Shown: positions 49,609-60,100 of the stretch, piece after piece | Layout of the letters: the number at the start of each line of letters is the position of its first letter | Numbering within the stretch: position 1 is the first letter of the stretch | Source: Actinomycetales bacterium | Lineage (GTDB): Bacteria > Actinomycetota > Actinomycetes > Mycobacteriales > SCTD01 | Assembly: GCA_036675425.1 (NCBI GenBank) | Contig: JAKFFB010000191.1 | Coordinates: forward strand, 3,887-67,886 | Length of the DNA stretch: 64,000 bases | Reading direction: 5' to 3' | Notes under the pieces: model-generated | Databases searched by the model: none | Seen by the model: only the letters and a program-made list of their open reading frames with translations | Told to the model about the DNA's origin: nothing | Position numbers and translations under genes: made by a program

Positions 49609-50994
49609 ATGTCCCTGCTGACGCCGCCACCGGTCGTCGGTACCGAGATCGCCGTCGACAGCGACGCGCAGGAGGCGCGCGACCGCCGTCGCGTGCTCGT
49701 GCTGTCCACGACCGGCTTCACCCTGATGTTCGCCGTGTGGCTGATGTTCGGCGTGCTCGGCATCCCCATCCGCGACGAGCTCGGGCTCACCGACGTGCAG
49801 CTGTCGTGGCTGTCGGCGGTGGCGATCCTGAACGGCGCGCTGTGGCGGCTGCCGGCCGGCATCGCCGCGGACCGCTACGGCGGTCGTCGCGTGTTCATCG
49901 CGATGCTGCTGTTCACCGCGCTGCCGGCGTACATGGTGTCGCAGGTCGCGTCGTACGGCGCGCTGCTCTTCTACGCCTTCCTCGCCGGCTTCGCGGGCAA
50001 CGCGTTCAGCGTCGGCATCGCGTGGAACTCCGCGTGGTACCCGCGCCACCGGCAGGGCTTCGCGCTCGGCGTCTTCGGCGCAGGCAACGTCGGCGCGTCG
50101 GTCACGAAGTTCGTCGCACCGGCCGTCATCGCGTCGGTGCCGGCGGCTGGCTTCGCGAGCGGCGCGATCCCGGGTGGCTGGCGCCTCGTGCCGTTCTGCT
50201 ACGCGATCGCGCTCGTGGTCATGGCCGCGGCGATGTGGTCGCTCGCGCCGCGGCACGACCGCAAGCCGGGTCAGGGACGACCGCTGCGCGACATGCTGCG
50301 GCCGCTGAACAGCATCCGGGTCTGGCGGTTCAGCCTCTACTACGTCGTCGTCTTCGGCGCGTACGTCGGACTCGCCGCCTGGATGCCGAAGTACTACGTC
50401 GACGTCTTCGGGCTCAAGCTCTACCAGGCCGCACTGCTCACCGCGCTGTTCATCTTCCCGGCCAGCCTGCTGCGCCCCTTCGGCGGCTACCTTTCCGACC
50501 GCTTCGGCGCACGTCGCGTGATGTACGGCACGTTCGCCACGATGCTGCTCTCGACCGGGCTGCTGATGATGCCGTTCGGCCACATCGTCCTGCACGTCCC
50601 CGAGAAGTACGAGGCCGACGGCGTGCGCGAGGTGCTGCCGTACGAGCTGGGCGTCGTGCCGTTCACGATCGCGCTGTTCGTCGTCGGCATCGCGATGGGC
50701 ATCGGCAAGGCCGCCGTCTACAAGCACATCCCCGAGTACTTCCCGAACGACGTCGGCGCGGTCGGCGGTCTCGTCGGCACGCTCGGCGCACTGGGCGGCT
50801 TCGTGCTGCCGCCGCTGTTCGCCTACGGCACCCGCTGGACCGGCCTGCCGCAGACGACGTTCTTCATCCTCTTCGTGCTGACGCTCGTCGCCGCGATCTG
50901 GATGCACCTCACGGTGCACCGGATGCTGCACGACCGGTCGCCGGAGCTGGCATCGACGTTCGACACACCCCACACCTCCGGAGGCACCTCATGA
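49609..50994 (+). CDS. narK: Nitrate/nitrite MFS transporter (NarK1-like)
   Basis: FAVWLMFGVLG, GNAFSVGIAWNSAWYP, GVFGAGNVG, GIGKAAVYKHIP, GGLVG. Confidence 0.9.
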   Translation: MSLLTPPPVVGTEIAVDSDAQEARDRRRVLVLSTTGFTLMFAVWLMFGVLGIPIRDELGLTDVQLSWLSAVAILNGALWRLPAGIAADRYGGRRVFIAMLLFTALPAYMVSQVASYGALLFYAFLAGFAGNAFSVGIAWNSAWYPRHRQGFALGVFGAGNVGASVTKFVAPAVIASVPAAGFASGAIPGGWRLVPFCYAIALVVMAAAMWSLAPRHDRKPGQGRPLRDMLRPLNSIRVWRFSLYYVVVFGAYVGLAAWMPKYYVDVFGLKLYQAALLTALFIFPASLLRPFGGYLSDRFGARRVMYGTFATMLLSTGLLMMPFGHIVLHVPEKYEADGVREVLPYELGVVPFTIALFVVGIAMGIGKAAVYKHIPEYFPNDVGAVGGLVGTLGALGGFVLPPLFAYGTRWTGLPQTTFFILFVLTLVAAIWMHLTVHRMLHDRSPELASTFDTPHTSGGTS

Positions 50995-52361
50995 GCTCGA
51001 CCCTGTCCCCCGAGCCGTCGACCCTGCTGCTCCCGCCGCAACGCCGCTCCGACGAGCTCGTCGGCTGGGACCCCAACGACCCGGACCACTGGGACAAGGC
51101 GGTCGCGTGGCGGACGCTGTCCATCACGACCTACAACCTGACGCTGGCGTTCATCACCTGGTACGTCGTGAGCGCTCTGGTGGTGCGCCTTCCGAACGCC
51201 GGCTTCGCGCTCACCACCGGGCAGCTGTTCTGGCTCACCGCGATGCCGGGTCTCGCGGCCGGTGTCCTGCGGATGGTGTGGACGTTCCTGCCACCGTTGC
51301 TCGGCACGCGCCGGCTGGTGACGTTCTCCAGCCTCCTGCTGCTCGTGCCGCTCGTCGGCTGGGGCTTCGCGGTCACGTCGACCGGCACGCCGTACGGCGT
51401 CTTCGTGGTGCTGGCGTTCCTCGCCGGCATCGGCGGCGGCGTCTTCTCCGGCTTCATGCCGAGCACCAGCTACTTCTTCCCGAAGGCCAAGCAGGGCACT
51501 GCCCTCGGGCTGCAGGCCGGTCTCGGCAACCTCGGCGTGAGCATCGTGCAGTTCGTGACGCCGTGGATCATCGGCTTCGCGCTGCTCGGCAGCCTGCTCG
51601 GCGCGGACCAGACCTTCACGCCCAAGGGCGGTGAGGCCACGCAGGTGTGGCTGCAGAACGCGGCGTTCGTGTGGGTGCCGTTCGTGCTCGTCGGCGCGGC
51701 GCTCGCGTGGAAGTACCTCAAGACCGTCCCGGTCAAGGCGAACCTGCGCCAGCAGATGGACATCTTCGGCGACAAGCACACCTGGTTCATGACGTCGATC
51801 TACCTGATGACCTTCGGTGCCTTCTCCGGGTTCGCAGCCACCTTCGCGCTGCTCATCAAGGACGTCTACGGCGGCTTCGAGAACGCGCCCGACCCGCTGA
51901 CGTACGCCTTCCTCGGACCGCTCGTCGGCGCGACCGTGCGGATGGCGTGGGGGCCGCTCACCGACCGCTTCGGCGGCGCGGTGTGGACGACGGTGAGCGG
52001 CCTGGGCGTCGCGGCGTCGGCGCTGTTCGTCACGCTGAACCTGACCCCCGACAGCCGCGACCAGTTCACACCGTTCCTGCTGGGGATGATCGCGGTGTTC
52101 TTCTTCACCGGCATCGGCAACGCGTCGACCTTCAAGCAGATGCCGTTGATCTTCTCGGCCCGGCAGGCCGGCGGCGTCATCGGCTGGACCGCCGCCGTCG
52201 CGGCCTTCGGCCCGTTCCTGTTCTCGGTGTCGCTCGGCGCGGTGATCGGCGCGACCGGCAACGCGAAGGCGTTCTTCTACGCCGTCGCCGTCTTCGCGCT
52301 GGCGAACGTCGCGCTCAACTGGTTCTACTACCAGCGCAAGGGGTGCGAGAAGCCCTGCTGA
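50991..52361 (+). CDS. narK: Nitrate/nitrite MFS transporter (NarK2-like)
   Basis: WDPND, AWRTL, LFWLTAMPGL, FFPKAKQGTALG, GLGNLGVS, GIGNASTFKQMP, KPC terminus. Confidence 0.9.
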   Translation: MSSTLSPEPSTLLLPPQRRSDELVGWDPNDPDHWDKAVAWRTLSITTYNLTLAFITWYVVSALVVRLPNAGFALTTGQLFWLTAMPGLAAGVLRMVWTFLPPLLGTRRLVTFSSLLLLVPLVGWGFAVTSTGTPYGVFVVLAFLAGIGGGVFSGFMPSTSYFFPKAKQGTALGLQAGLGNLGVSIVQFVTPWIIGFALLGSLLGADQTFTPKGGEATQVWLQNAAFVWVPFVLVGAALAWKYLKTVPVKANLRQQMDIFGDKHTWFMTSIYLMTFGAFSGFAATFALLIKDVYGGFENAPDPLTYAFLGPLVGATVRMAWGPLTDRFGGAVWTTVSGLGVAASALFVTLNLTPDSRDQFTPFLLGMIAVFFFTGIGNASTFKQMPLIFSARQAGGVIGWTAAVAAFGPFLFSVSLGAVIGATGNAKAFFYAVAVFALANVALNWFYYQRKGCEKPC

Positions 52362-52385
52362 GGCGGCGTGCGCTTGGATGAGCCG

Positions 52386-52787
52386 ATGCTCGAGGTGGGT
52401 CTGGACGAGGTCCGGCTGTTCCTGCACCTGCTGGCCGCTGCCGTGTGGGTCGGCGGCCAGCTCGTGCTGGCCGGGCTGGTTCCGGTGCTGCGGACGGTAG
52501 GGCCTGACGCCCCGGGCGTGGTGGCCCGGCAGTTCGCGCGGATCGCCTGGCCGGCGTACCTCGTCCTCGTCGTCACGGGCGCGTGGAACATCGCCGCGAT
52601 CGACGGGACCGCCGGCGACGACTACCGGCGGACGCTGGTGCTCAAGCTGGTGGTCGTCGCGCTCTCCGGCGCCGCCGCGCTCGGGCACGCGCGGGCGACC
52701 TCACGGCGTGGGCTGGCGATCGGCGGCGCGGCCACCGGGGTGTTCGCGCTGCTCTCGCTCTTCCTCGGCGTGGTGCTGCGCGGCTGA
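52386..52787 (+). CDS. Small CopD-like membrane protein
   Basis: LFLHLLAAAVWVGG; four TM segments; start may be 52368. Confidence 0.65.
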   Translation: MLEVGLDEVRLFLHLLAAAVWVGGQLVLAGLVPVLRTVGPDAPGVVARQFARIAWPAYLVLVVTGAWNIAAIDGTAGDDYRRTLVLKLVVVALSGAAALGHARATSRRGLAIGGAATGVFALLSLFLGVVLRG

Positions 52788-52795
52788 GCGGACGT

Positions 52796-53059
52796 CTAGC
52801 GGCGGCGGGGACCGTAGTTCTTGTCCACGACCGCCAGGGCGATGAGCACGAACGCGGCGGCGCGGAGCATGTAGACCCAGGTGCGGTACTCCGACGTCTC
52901 GTCGAGCGAGATGAGGACCACCCGGTTGACGGCGAAGACGGCGAAGGCCGCGGCGAAGGCGGCGAACAGCCGGTCGCCCGTGCTCTTCCAGTACTTGAGG
53001 AAGAACAGCGCGACGCCCAGCGAGGCGAGCATCGTCGCGCCGTCGAGGAAGTCGTTCAC
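52796..53059 (-). CDS. Small membrane protein, DUF5985-like
   Basis: FLDGA...ALFFLKYWKSTGDRLFAAFAAAF...YMLR...VDKN; GTGA-coupled. Confidence 0.72.
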   Translation of the reverse strand: MNDFLDGATMLASLGVALFFLKYWKSTGDRLFAAFAAAFAVFAVNRVVLISLDETSEYRTWVYMLRAAAFVLIALAVVDKNYGPRRR

Positions 53060-53319
53060 CGCGACTCCCAGATCAACCCGAACAGCAGGACGCTGACCGC
53101 GGCCAGGCCGGACGCGCCCCGGAGCAGCGAGAGGTCGATGTCCGGCAGGATGTTCTGGTCGATCACGAGGATCACGTTGTTGACGGCCAGGCCCACGAAG
53201 CAGAGCGCGCTCCACAGGAGCAGCCGCACGCGACCGGCCAGGTAGCTGCGGACCAGCAGCACCGCGCAGACCGTGCTGGTGATGGCGCACAGCGCGTAGG
53301 CCAGCGACGCGCCGCTCAC
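53056..53319 (-). CDS. Small membrane protein, DUF5985-like
   Basis: YALCAITSTVCAVLLVRSY, RLLLWSALCF, DLSLLR, LLFGLIWE. Confidence 0.75.
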   Translation of the reverse strand: MSGASLAYALCAITSTVCAVLLVRSYLAGRVRLLLWSALCFVGLAVNNVILVIDQNILPDIDLSLLRGASGLAAVSVLLFGLIWESR

Positions 53320-53705
53320 GAGTCGCGGTCCTTGCGGAAGAGGAAGGCGTCGGAGAACTTCTGCGCAGGGTCCTCCTTGGACGTGTAGACGTGACGCGTC
53401 AAGGTCACCCTCCTTCGCGCGTAGCAGGTCGCCACCTGGTCGAGTGTCTCCCGCAGGGAGGGGTCCGCGGGCGCGAACCGGTAACCCTCGTCGACCGCCT
53501 CGAGCAGCCCACGACCGACCAGCGCGTCGAGCCAGGGCTGGATCGACTTGGCCGGCAGGTAGGACTCCCGCGCGAGGCCGTCGAGGCTCACCGTCTCGCC
53601 GTCGGCGGCGCGGACGAGCAGCAGCACCTCGAGCTGAGCGACCGAGAAGATCTGCTCGTCGAGGAACGCGACGACGTCCGGGGGGAGCGGGTCGGGTCCG
53701 GTCAT
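53316..53705 (-). CDS. Hypothetical winged-helix-like protein
   Basis: IFSVAQLEVLLL, LDALVGRGLL, YRFAP, C-terminal FSDAFLFRK; GTGA-coupled to the next gene. Confidence 0.7.
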   Translation of the reverse strand: MTGPDPLPPDVVAFLDEQIFSVAQLEVLLLVRAADGETVSLDGLARESYLPAKSIQPWLDALVGRGLLEAVDEGYRFAPADPSLRETLDQVATCYARRRVTLTRHVYTSKEDPAQKFSDAFLFRKDRDS

Positions 53706-53801
53706 GGCGGGGCCAACCGTAGACGGGTCGGGGCGGCTCACCTAGGACGGGTCACCGACGTCGCGGGACCGTCATGCGTCCGTCATGGAACTGCTCCGGC
53801 G

Positions 53802-53999
53802 TCAGGGTTTCGGGTTCCGCTGCGTGGGAAGCGGCTGGCACACGCTGCACAGCCGCCCGCCGTAGCAGGTCGTGCAGGGGTAGGCCTCGCCGTCGCGCCG
53901 GACCAGCGTGCCCAGCCCCTGGCACACCCAGCAGGTGCTGCGCCCGAGGCATCCGGGGCAGTCGGCGGTGCGCTGCGAGGCGAGAAGATCCAGGGCCAC
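53802..53999 (-). CDS. Small DnaJ-type zinc-finger protein (4x CxxC)
   Basis: CPGCLGRSTCWVCQGLG...CTTCYGGRLCSVC; start uncertain. Confidence 0.6.
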   Translation of the reverse strand: MALDLLASQRTADCPGCLGRSTCWVCQGLGTLVRRDGEAYPCTTCYGGRLCSVCQPLPTQRNPKP

Positions 54000-54097
54000 G
54001 TTGGCTGCTTCGGCTCCCGCCCGGCGGTGGCGTTGCTCCGGTTGCAGCAATCTGCGTCGGGACGCACCTGCGACGAGACACCGTTGATCAGCGGGGT

Positions 54098-54421
54098 TCA
54101 GGGGGTCTCTCTGTCGAAGACCTCCTGCATCCAACCCAGCGCCGCGACGGAGGCAGGGAAGCCGCAGGTGGTGATGGCGAGCAGTGCGATGGAGCGCAGG
54201 TCGTCCGGGGACGAGCCGTGCTGCAGCGCCTTTCGGGTGTTCGAGCGGACTGCCCCCTCGGACTCCGCCCCGATCGCGAGCGCCAGCTTGAGCAGCCGGT
54301 TGGTGGCCTCGTCGTACGGCGTGCGCTCGCGGATCCGGCGCGCCATCTCCCCCTGCGCCTCCGCGACGTCGGGGAAGCGCTCGGTGAAGTCGACGTAGAC
54401 CGTGGGCAGGTGGTCGGGCAC
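54098..54421 (-). CDS. Carboxymuconolactone decarboxylase (CMD) family protein
   Basis: GAGGAGG RBS; RLLKLALAIG, EGAVRSNTRKAL, TTCGFP. Confidence 0.82.
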   Translation of the reverse strand: MPDHLPTVYVDFTERFPDVAEAQGEMARRIRERTPYDEATNRLLKLALAIGAESEGAVRSNTRKALQHGSSPDDLRSIALLAITTCGFPASVAALGWMQEVFDRETP

Positions 54422-54462
54422 GGGAGTCCTCCTCGTACGGGCTGGGGTGCGACCGTACCGAC

Positions 54463-55200
54463 CTAGTGGTGCGCGGGCTCCTTCGCGTGCACCGGCGGGC
54501 GCGGCACGCCGATCGGGACGACGTCCACGCCGGCAGGGCGCTTGCGGTAGACGACGTACGGCCGCCACAGGTAGGCGAGCGGGATGCTGAAGACGTGGAC
54601 CAGCCGGGTGAAGGGCCACAGCGCGAGCAGCCCGAACGCGACCAGCGCGTGCAGCTGGTAGACGAGCGGCGCGGACGCCATCAGCTCGGCGGAGGGGTCG
54701 AGGGCGAAGACGCCGCGGAACCAGACGGAGACGTCCTCGCGGTAGTCGTGCCCGTGACCGAGCATCGACCCGACCTTGGTCGACATGCCGAGCAGGATCA
54801 CGGCGACCAGCCAGCCGTAGAGCACCTTGTCCATGCGGGTCGTGACGCGCCGGACCCGGCCGTTGACGAAGCGCCGCGCGACGAGCAGCGCCAGCCCGAC
54901 GGTGAGCATCACGCCCGCGGTGCCGCCGGCCACCAGCGACACCCAGTGGTAGACGTCCTCGGAGACGCCCACCGCCTCGGTCCACGACGCGGGCACGAGC
55001 AGCCCGAGCGCGTGTCCGCCGACGACCATCAGCATGCCGAGGTGGAACAGCGGCGAGCCCAGGCGCAGGATCCGGCTCTCGAGCACCTGGCTGGTGTGCG
55101 TCGACCAGCCCATCTGGTCGGTGCGCCAGCGCCAGGCGTGGCCGAGCACGAAGACGGCGAGGGCGGCGTAGGGGACGACGACCCACAGGAAGGTGGTCAC
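54463..55200 (-). CDS. narI: Respiratory nitrate reductase gamma subunit
   Basis: LWVVVPY, GSPLFHLG..GH, YQLH, WPFTRLVHVFS (four heme His). Confidence 0.95.
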   Translation of the reverse strand: MTTFLWVVVPYAALAVFVLGHAWRWRTDQMGWSTHTSQVLESRILRLGSPLFHLGMLMVVGGHALGLLVPASWTEAVGVSEDVYHWVSLVAGGTAGVMLTVGLALLVARRFVNGRVRRVTTRMDKVLYGWLVAVILLGMSTKVGSMLGHGHDYREDVSVWFRGVFALDPSAELMASAPLVYQLHALVAFGLLALWPFTRLVHVFSIPLAYLWRPYVVYRKRPAGVDVVPIGVPRPPVHAKEPAHH

Positions 55201-55835
55201 GAGCACGGCTCCATCTGGCGGGAGAAGGTCGGGCGTTCGGGGGCGAAGAACTCGGGGCCGCTCTCCAGGCCGACCATCTCGTCGAGTGGCCCGTCGGAGG
55301 CGAGCGCGGCCACGGCCGCGCGATCGGCGTCGGTCATCTGCGGGAGCACCGCGCAGACCGCGTCGAGGACGGCGGCGTACGGCGATCCGCTGTCGGCGAG
55401 CGCTGCCGCGAGCAGGGCGATCCCGGCGCGGTGCTGGCGGAGCGGCGCCTCGCCCGCACCGGGTCCGGCGACGGCGGCGAACTCGAGCACCACCGGCAGG
55501 AAGTCCGGCAGCACCCGGTCGGTGACCGAGAAGCCGAGCGCGCGGTAGCGCTGCTTGAGGGTGAGCAGCGCGAGGCCGCGCTTGCGGGTGTCGCCGTGCA
55601 GGTAGTAGGTCAGGTCGAGGCTCGACTTGCGGCGCAGGTCGAACGTCTCGACGTAGCGGCGCTGCGTCTCGATCGCAGGGTCCGTCGCGATCGAGGTCGC
55701 GAGAGCGACCAGCCCCGCGTCGCCGACGGCGGTGGCCAGCTCGACGAGCTCCGGCCCGGCTGCGACGAGCTGCTCGTCGGGGTACTGCAGCAGCAGCGAC
55801 GCGAGCGTGAAGAGGGCTGTCCGGTCGCTGCTCAT
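55197..55835 (-). CDS. narJ: Nitrate reductase chaperone
   Basis: SLLLQYP, YVETFDL, HGDTRKRG, LPDFLPVVLEF, SPY. Confidence 0.93.
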   Translation of the reverse strand: MSSDRTALFTLASLLLQYPDEQLVAAGPELVELATAVGDAGLVALATSIATDPAIETQRRYVETFDLRRKSSLDLTYYLHGDTRKRGLALLTLKQRYRALGFSVTDRVLPDFLPVVLEFAAVAGPGAGEAPLRQHRAGIALLAAALADSGSPYAAVLDAVCAVLPQMTDADRAAVAALASDGPLDEMVGLESGPEFFAPERPTFSRQMEPCS

Positions 55836-57196
55836 GCCTTGCGCACCTGCAGCGTCGCGCCGAACAGCACCTGTCCGGCGCCGACCGTCTCGCCGCCCAT
55901 GCCGGGGGCGCCGTCCTTCTCGAGGCTGCACGCCGCCGAGTTGGCGGTGTCCTCGAGCTCGGCGGCGTCGCGCTTGGCGGCGGCCGGGATGATGTAGCGG
56001 TCCTCGTACTTCGCGATGGCGAGCAGCCGGTAGAGCTCCTCGAGGTCCTCGGCGTTCATGCCCGTCGCGTCGAGCAGGTCCTGGCGGACGGTCCCGTCGA
56101 GGGTCAGCTCGCGCATGTAGCTGCGCATCGCCGCCAGCTTCATCAGCACGCCGCCGACGACGTCGGAGTCGCCTGCGGTGAAGATGCTGGCGAGGTACTC
56201 GACCGGGATGCGCAGGTCGGCGATCGCGTGGAAGACGTCGTCGGCGTCGGTCTCGTCGCCGCCCCGGTCCTTCACCGCGTCGAGGACGGGCGACAGCGGC
56301 GGGATGTACCAGACCATCGGCATCGTGCGGTACTCCGGGTGCAGCGGCAGCGCGACGCGGAACTTCATGGCGAGCTTCCAGATCGGCGACAGCTGGGCAG
56401 CCTCGATCCACTCGTCGTTCATGCCGGCCTCGATGCGCGGGAAGCAGAAGGTGCACTTCTCGGCCTTGCCGGTCGAGGTGTTCGTGTAGACCTTCTTGTA
56501 CGGGCACGCCGTGACGCACATGCGCCAGCCGCGGCAGGTGTCCTGGTCGACCAGGACGATGCCGTCCTCCTCGCGCTTGTACATCGCGCCGCTCGGGCAC
56601 GCGGAGACGCAGGCCGGGTTGAGGCAGTGCTCGCAGATGCGCGGCAGGTGGAACAGGAACGTCTTCTCGAACTCGAACTTCACCTTCTGGCGGGCCTCGG
56701 GGGTGAGCGTCGCGAGGTTCGGGTCCTGCGGGCCGTGCTCCGCGGTGCCGCCGAGCTGGTCCTCCCAGTTCGCGCCCCAGGTGATGGCCATGTCGTCGCC
56801 GGTCAGCCTCGAGATGGGCCGCGCTACCGGGGTGTCGTCCGTACGCGCCGGTGACGACAGCAGGGCGTCGTAGTCGTACGTCGCGGGTTCGTAGTAGTCG
56901 TCGATCGTCGGCAGGTGCGGGTTGGCGAAGATCTGGCCGAGGCGCTTGACGCGGCCGCCGGACTTCAGCTGCAGCCGGCCCTTGCGGTCGAGGACCCAGC
57001 CGCCCTTCCACCGCTCCTGGTCCTCGTAGCCCTTGGGGTAGCCGATGCCGGGCTTGGTCTCGACGTTGTTGAACCAGACGTACTCCGTGCCCTCGCGGTT
57101 GGTCCACGTCTGCTTGCACGTGACCGAGCAGGTGTGGCACCCGATGCACTTGTCGAGGTTCATCACCATGGCGACCTGGGCCAGGACTCGGACCAT
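55832..57196 (-). CDS. narH: Respiratory nitrate reductase beta subunit with in-frame internal deletion
   Basis: DKCIGCHTCSVTCK, ICEHCLNPACVSACP, CRGWRMCVTACP, EKCTFCFPRIEAG; the PTxCxETCVGRIRY segment is absent. Confidence 0.93.
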   Translation of the reverse strand: MVRVLAQVAMVMNLDKCIGCHTCSVTCKQTWTNREGTEYVWFNNVETKPGIGYPKGYEDQERWKGGWVLDRKGRLQLKSGGRVKRLGQIFANPHLPTIDDYYEPATYDYDALLSSPARTDDTPVARPISRLTGDDMAITWGANWEDQLGGTAEHGPQDPNLATLTPEARQKVKFEFEKTFLFHLPRICEHCLNPACVSACPSGAMYKREEDGIVLVDQDTCRGWRMCVTACPYKKVYTNTSTGKAEKCTFCFPRIEAGMNDEWIEAAQLSPIWKLAMKFRVALPLHPEYRTMPMVWYIPPLSPVLDAVKDRGGDETDADDVFHAIADLRIPVEYLASIFTAGDSDVVGGVLMKLAAMRSYMRELTLDGTVRQDLLDATGMNAEDLEELYRLLAIAKYEDRYIIPAAAKRDAAELEDTANSAACSLEKDGAPGMGGETVGAGQVLFGATLQVRKA

Positions 57197-57197
57197 C

Positions 57198-60100
57198 TCA
57201 GTACTCCAGGTTCTGCGAGCGGCGACGGATGACGGTGATCTGGTCGCGCTGCGAGCCGATCGGGCCGTAGTAGTTGAAGGCGTACGTCAGCTGGGCGTGC
57301 CCGCCGGCCAGGTGCGTCGGCTTGACCATCAGCCGGGTCAGCGAGTTGTGGTAGCCGCCGCGCTTGCCCTTGCCGGTGCCCTTCTTCTCGGACTTCGGCA
57401 CGTTCACGGTGCGCTCGGGGGAGTGGTACTGGAAGACGGTCCCCTCGGGCATCCGGTGGCTGACGATGGCGCGGGCGACGATCGTGCCGTTCTGGTTCAC
57501 GGCCTCGATCCACTCGTTGTCCTTCACGCCGATCCGCTCGGCGTCCTGGACGCTCATCCAGATCGCGGGTCCGCCGCGGGACAGAGCGAGCATGAGCTCG
57601 TTGTCGTGGTACATGGAGTGGATCGACCACTTCGCGTGCGGCGTCAGGAAGCGCACCACCACGCCGTCGTCGACCATCTCGCCGGGCGAGCCGAAGTGGC
57701 GCACCATGTCGAGCGGCGGGCGGAAGCCGGGCAGCTGCTCGCCGAGCTCGGCGATCCAGTCGTGCGCGACGAAGAAGTGCTGCCGTCCGGTGAGGGTGTG
57801 CCAGGGCTTGTCGCGCTCGACGTTGAGGGTGAACGGCGAGTAGCGCCGGCCGCCCTTCTCCGAGCCGGACCACTCCGGGCTGGTGAAGACCGGCTGCGGT
57901 CCCTCCTGCGTCTGGGAGTAGGCGATGACGTCGGTCTCGTGCCCCTCGACCAGATCGGTGAACGGCTGCCCGGTGCGCTCCTCGAGGCGGGTGAACCCCT
58001 CGACCGCGACGCGGCCGTTGGAGACGCCGGAGAGGGCCAGGATCGCGTCGCACATCCGGTCGGCCGTGGCGATGCTCGGCCGACCTGCGCACGGGCCGTC
58101 CTCGATCACGCCGTTCTGGTGCTTGAGGTAGGCGATCTCGGCGTTCACGTCGACGGTGATGCCCTTGGTCGTGGTGCCGAGCGTGTCGAGCAGCGGGCCG
58201 ACCGCACGCATCTTCGCGCCGATGGCGGTGTAGTCGCGCTCGATCGCCACCAGCTTCGGCATCGTCTTGCCGGGCACCGGCTCGCACTCGCCGCGCTTGT
58301 AGTCGCGGGCGCGCCCGTGCGGTGTCGCCAGCTCGTCAGGGGTGTCGTGCTGCAGCGGCGCGGCGAGGACGTCGGTGCGTACGCCGAGGTGGTCCACGGC
58401 CAGCTTGCTGAAGCCGTCGGCAAGTGCCAGGAAGGTGTCGTAGTCGGTGCGGCTCTCGAACGGCGGGTCGATCGCCGGCGAGAACGCGTGCACGAACGGG
58501 TGCATGTCGGTGGTCGAGATGTCGTGCTTCTCGTACCAGGTCGCGGCCGGCAGCACGACGTCGGCGTGCAGGCCGCTGTTGGTCATCCGGAAGTCCAGCA
58601 CCGTCAGCAGGTCGAGCTTGCCGATCGGCGCCTCGGACCGCCACTCGACGTCGCGCGGCCGGCCGTCCTCGGGGCATTCGTCGAGCTGCGCGAGGGAGGT
58701 GGCGCCGAGCAGGTGGCGCATGAAGTACTCGTTGCCCTTGCTGGACGAGCCGAGCAGGTTCGCCCGCCACAGGGTCAGCGCGCGCGGGAAGCTGCGAGGG
58801 TCGTCCGGGTCCTCGGCGACGCCCTTGAGCCGGCCGGCCCGGAGCTCGTCGACGACGTACTGCTGCACCGGCACCCCGGCGGCCTTCGCCTCGTCGGTGA
58901 GGTCGAGCGGGTTGCGGGTGAACGCGGGGTGACCGGGGGTCCAGCCGAGCCGCTGGGCGTACGCCACGGCGTCCGCGAACGCCATGCCCGTGAAGCGGCC
59001 CTCGCCCAGCGGGGAGGACAGCTCGTCGGCGGAGACGCGCTCGTAGCGCCACTGGTCGGTGTGCAGGTACCAGAACGGCGTGCTGGCCATGTGCCGCGTC
59101 GGGCGCTGCCAGTCGAAGGCGAACGACATGTGCTGCTGGCCGGTGACCGGGCGAGCCTTCTCCTGGCCGACGTAGTGCGCCCAGCCTCCGCCGTTGACGC
59201 CCTGGCAGCCGGTCAGCGTCACCAGCGCGATGAACGCGCGGTAGGTCATGTCGGAGTTGAACCACTGGTTGGTGCCGGCGCCGAGCGCGATGAGCGAGCG
59301 GCCGCGGCTGCGCTCGGCGTTGCGCGCGAACTCGCGGCCGATGCGGGCGGCGAGCTCGGCAGGCACCGACGTGATCGCCTCCTGCCAGGCAGGGGTGTAC
59401 GGCTGGGACGCGTCGTCGTACGACGTCGGCCACTCGCCGGGCAGGCCGTCGCGCTGCACGCCGTACTGCGCCAGCAGCAGGTCGAAGACGCTGGTGACCA
59501 GGTGCTCGCCGACCTGCTTCACCGGCACGCCGCGGCGCATGATGCCGCCGCCCTCGGTCGCGCCGACGTCGAAGCGGGGCATGAGCACCTCGGCCGTCTC
59601 GGGCGTGCGATCGAGCAGGCCGAGGGCCGGGACGACGTCGCCGAGGTCGAGGTTCCAGCTGCCCATGCCCTCGGCACCCCAGCGGAACCCGAGCGAGCCG
59701 TTCGGGACGACCAGCTCACCGGTGACCTCGTCGACGAGAACTGTCTTGTGGTCGGCGTTCTCGCTCGTGTCGCCGAGGTCCGCCGCGGTGAGGAAGCGGT
59801 CCGCGGTGAGGTTGCCGTCGGCCGTACGCCGCAAGGTGACGAGGAAGGGCAGGTCGGTGTACTTCCGTGTGTAGTCGAGGAAGTACGGCACCTGTCGGTC
59901 GCGGAAGAACTCGGTCAGCACGACGTGGCCCATCGCCATCGCGAGGGCGCCGTCGGTGCCGGGGTGCGGGGCCAGCCAGTCGTCGGCGAACTTCACGTTC
60001 TCGGCGTAGTCCGGGCTGACCGCGACGACCTTGGTACCGCGGTAGCGCGCCTCGGCGAGGAAGTGCGCGTCCGGCGTGCGGGTGATGGGGATGTTGCTGC

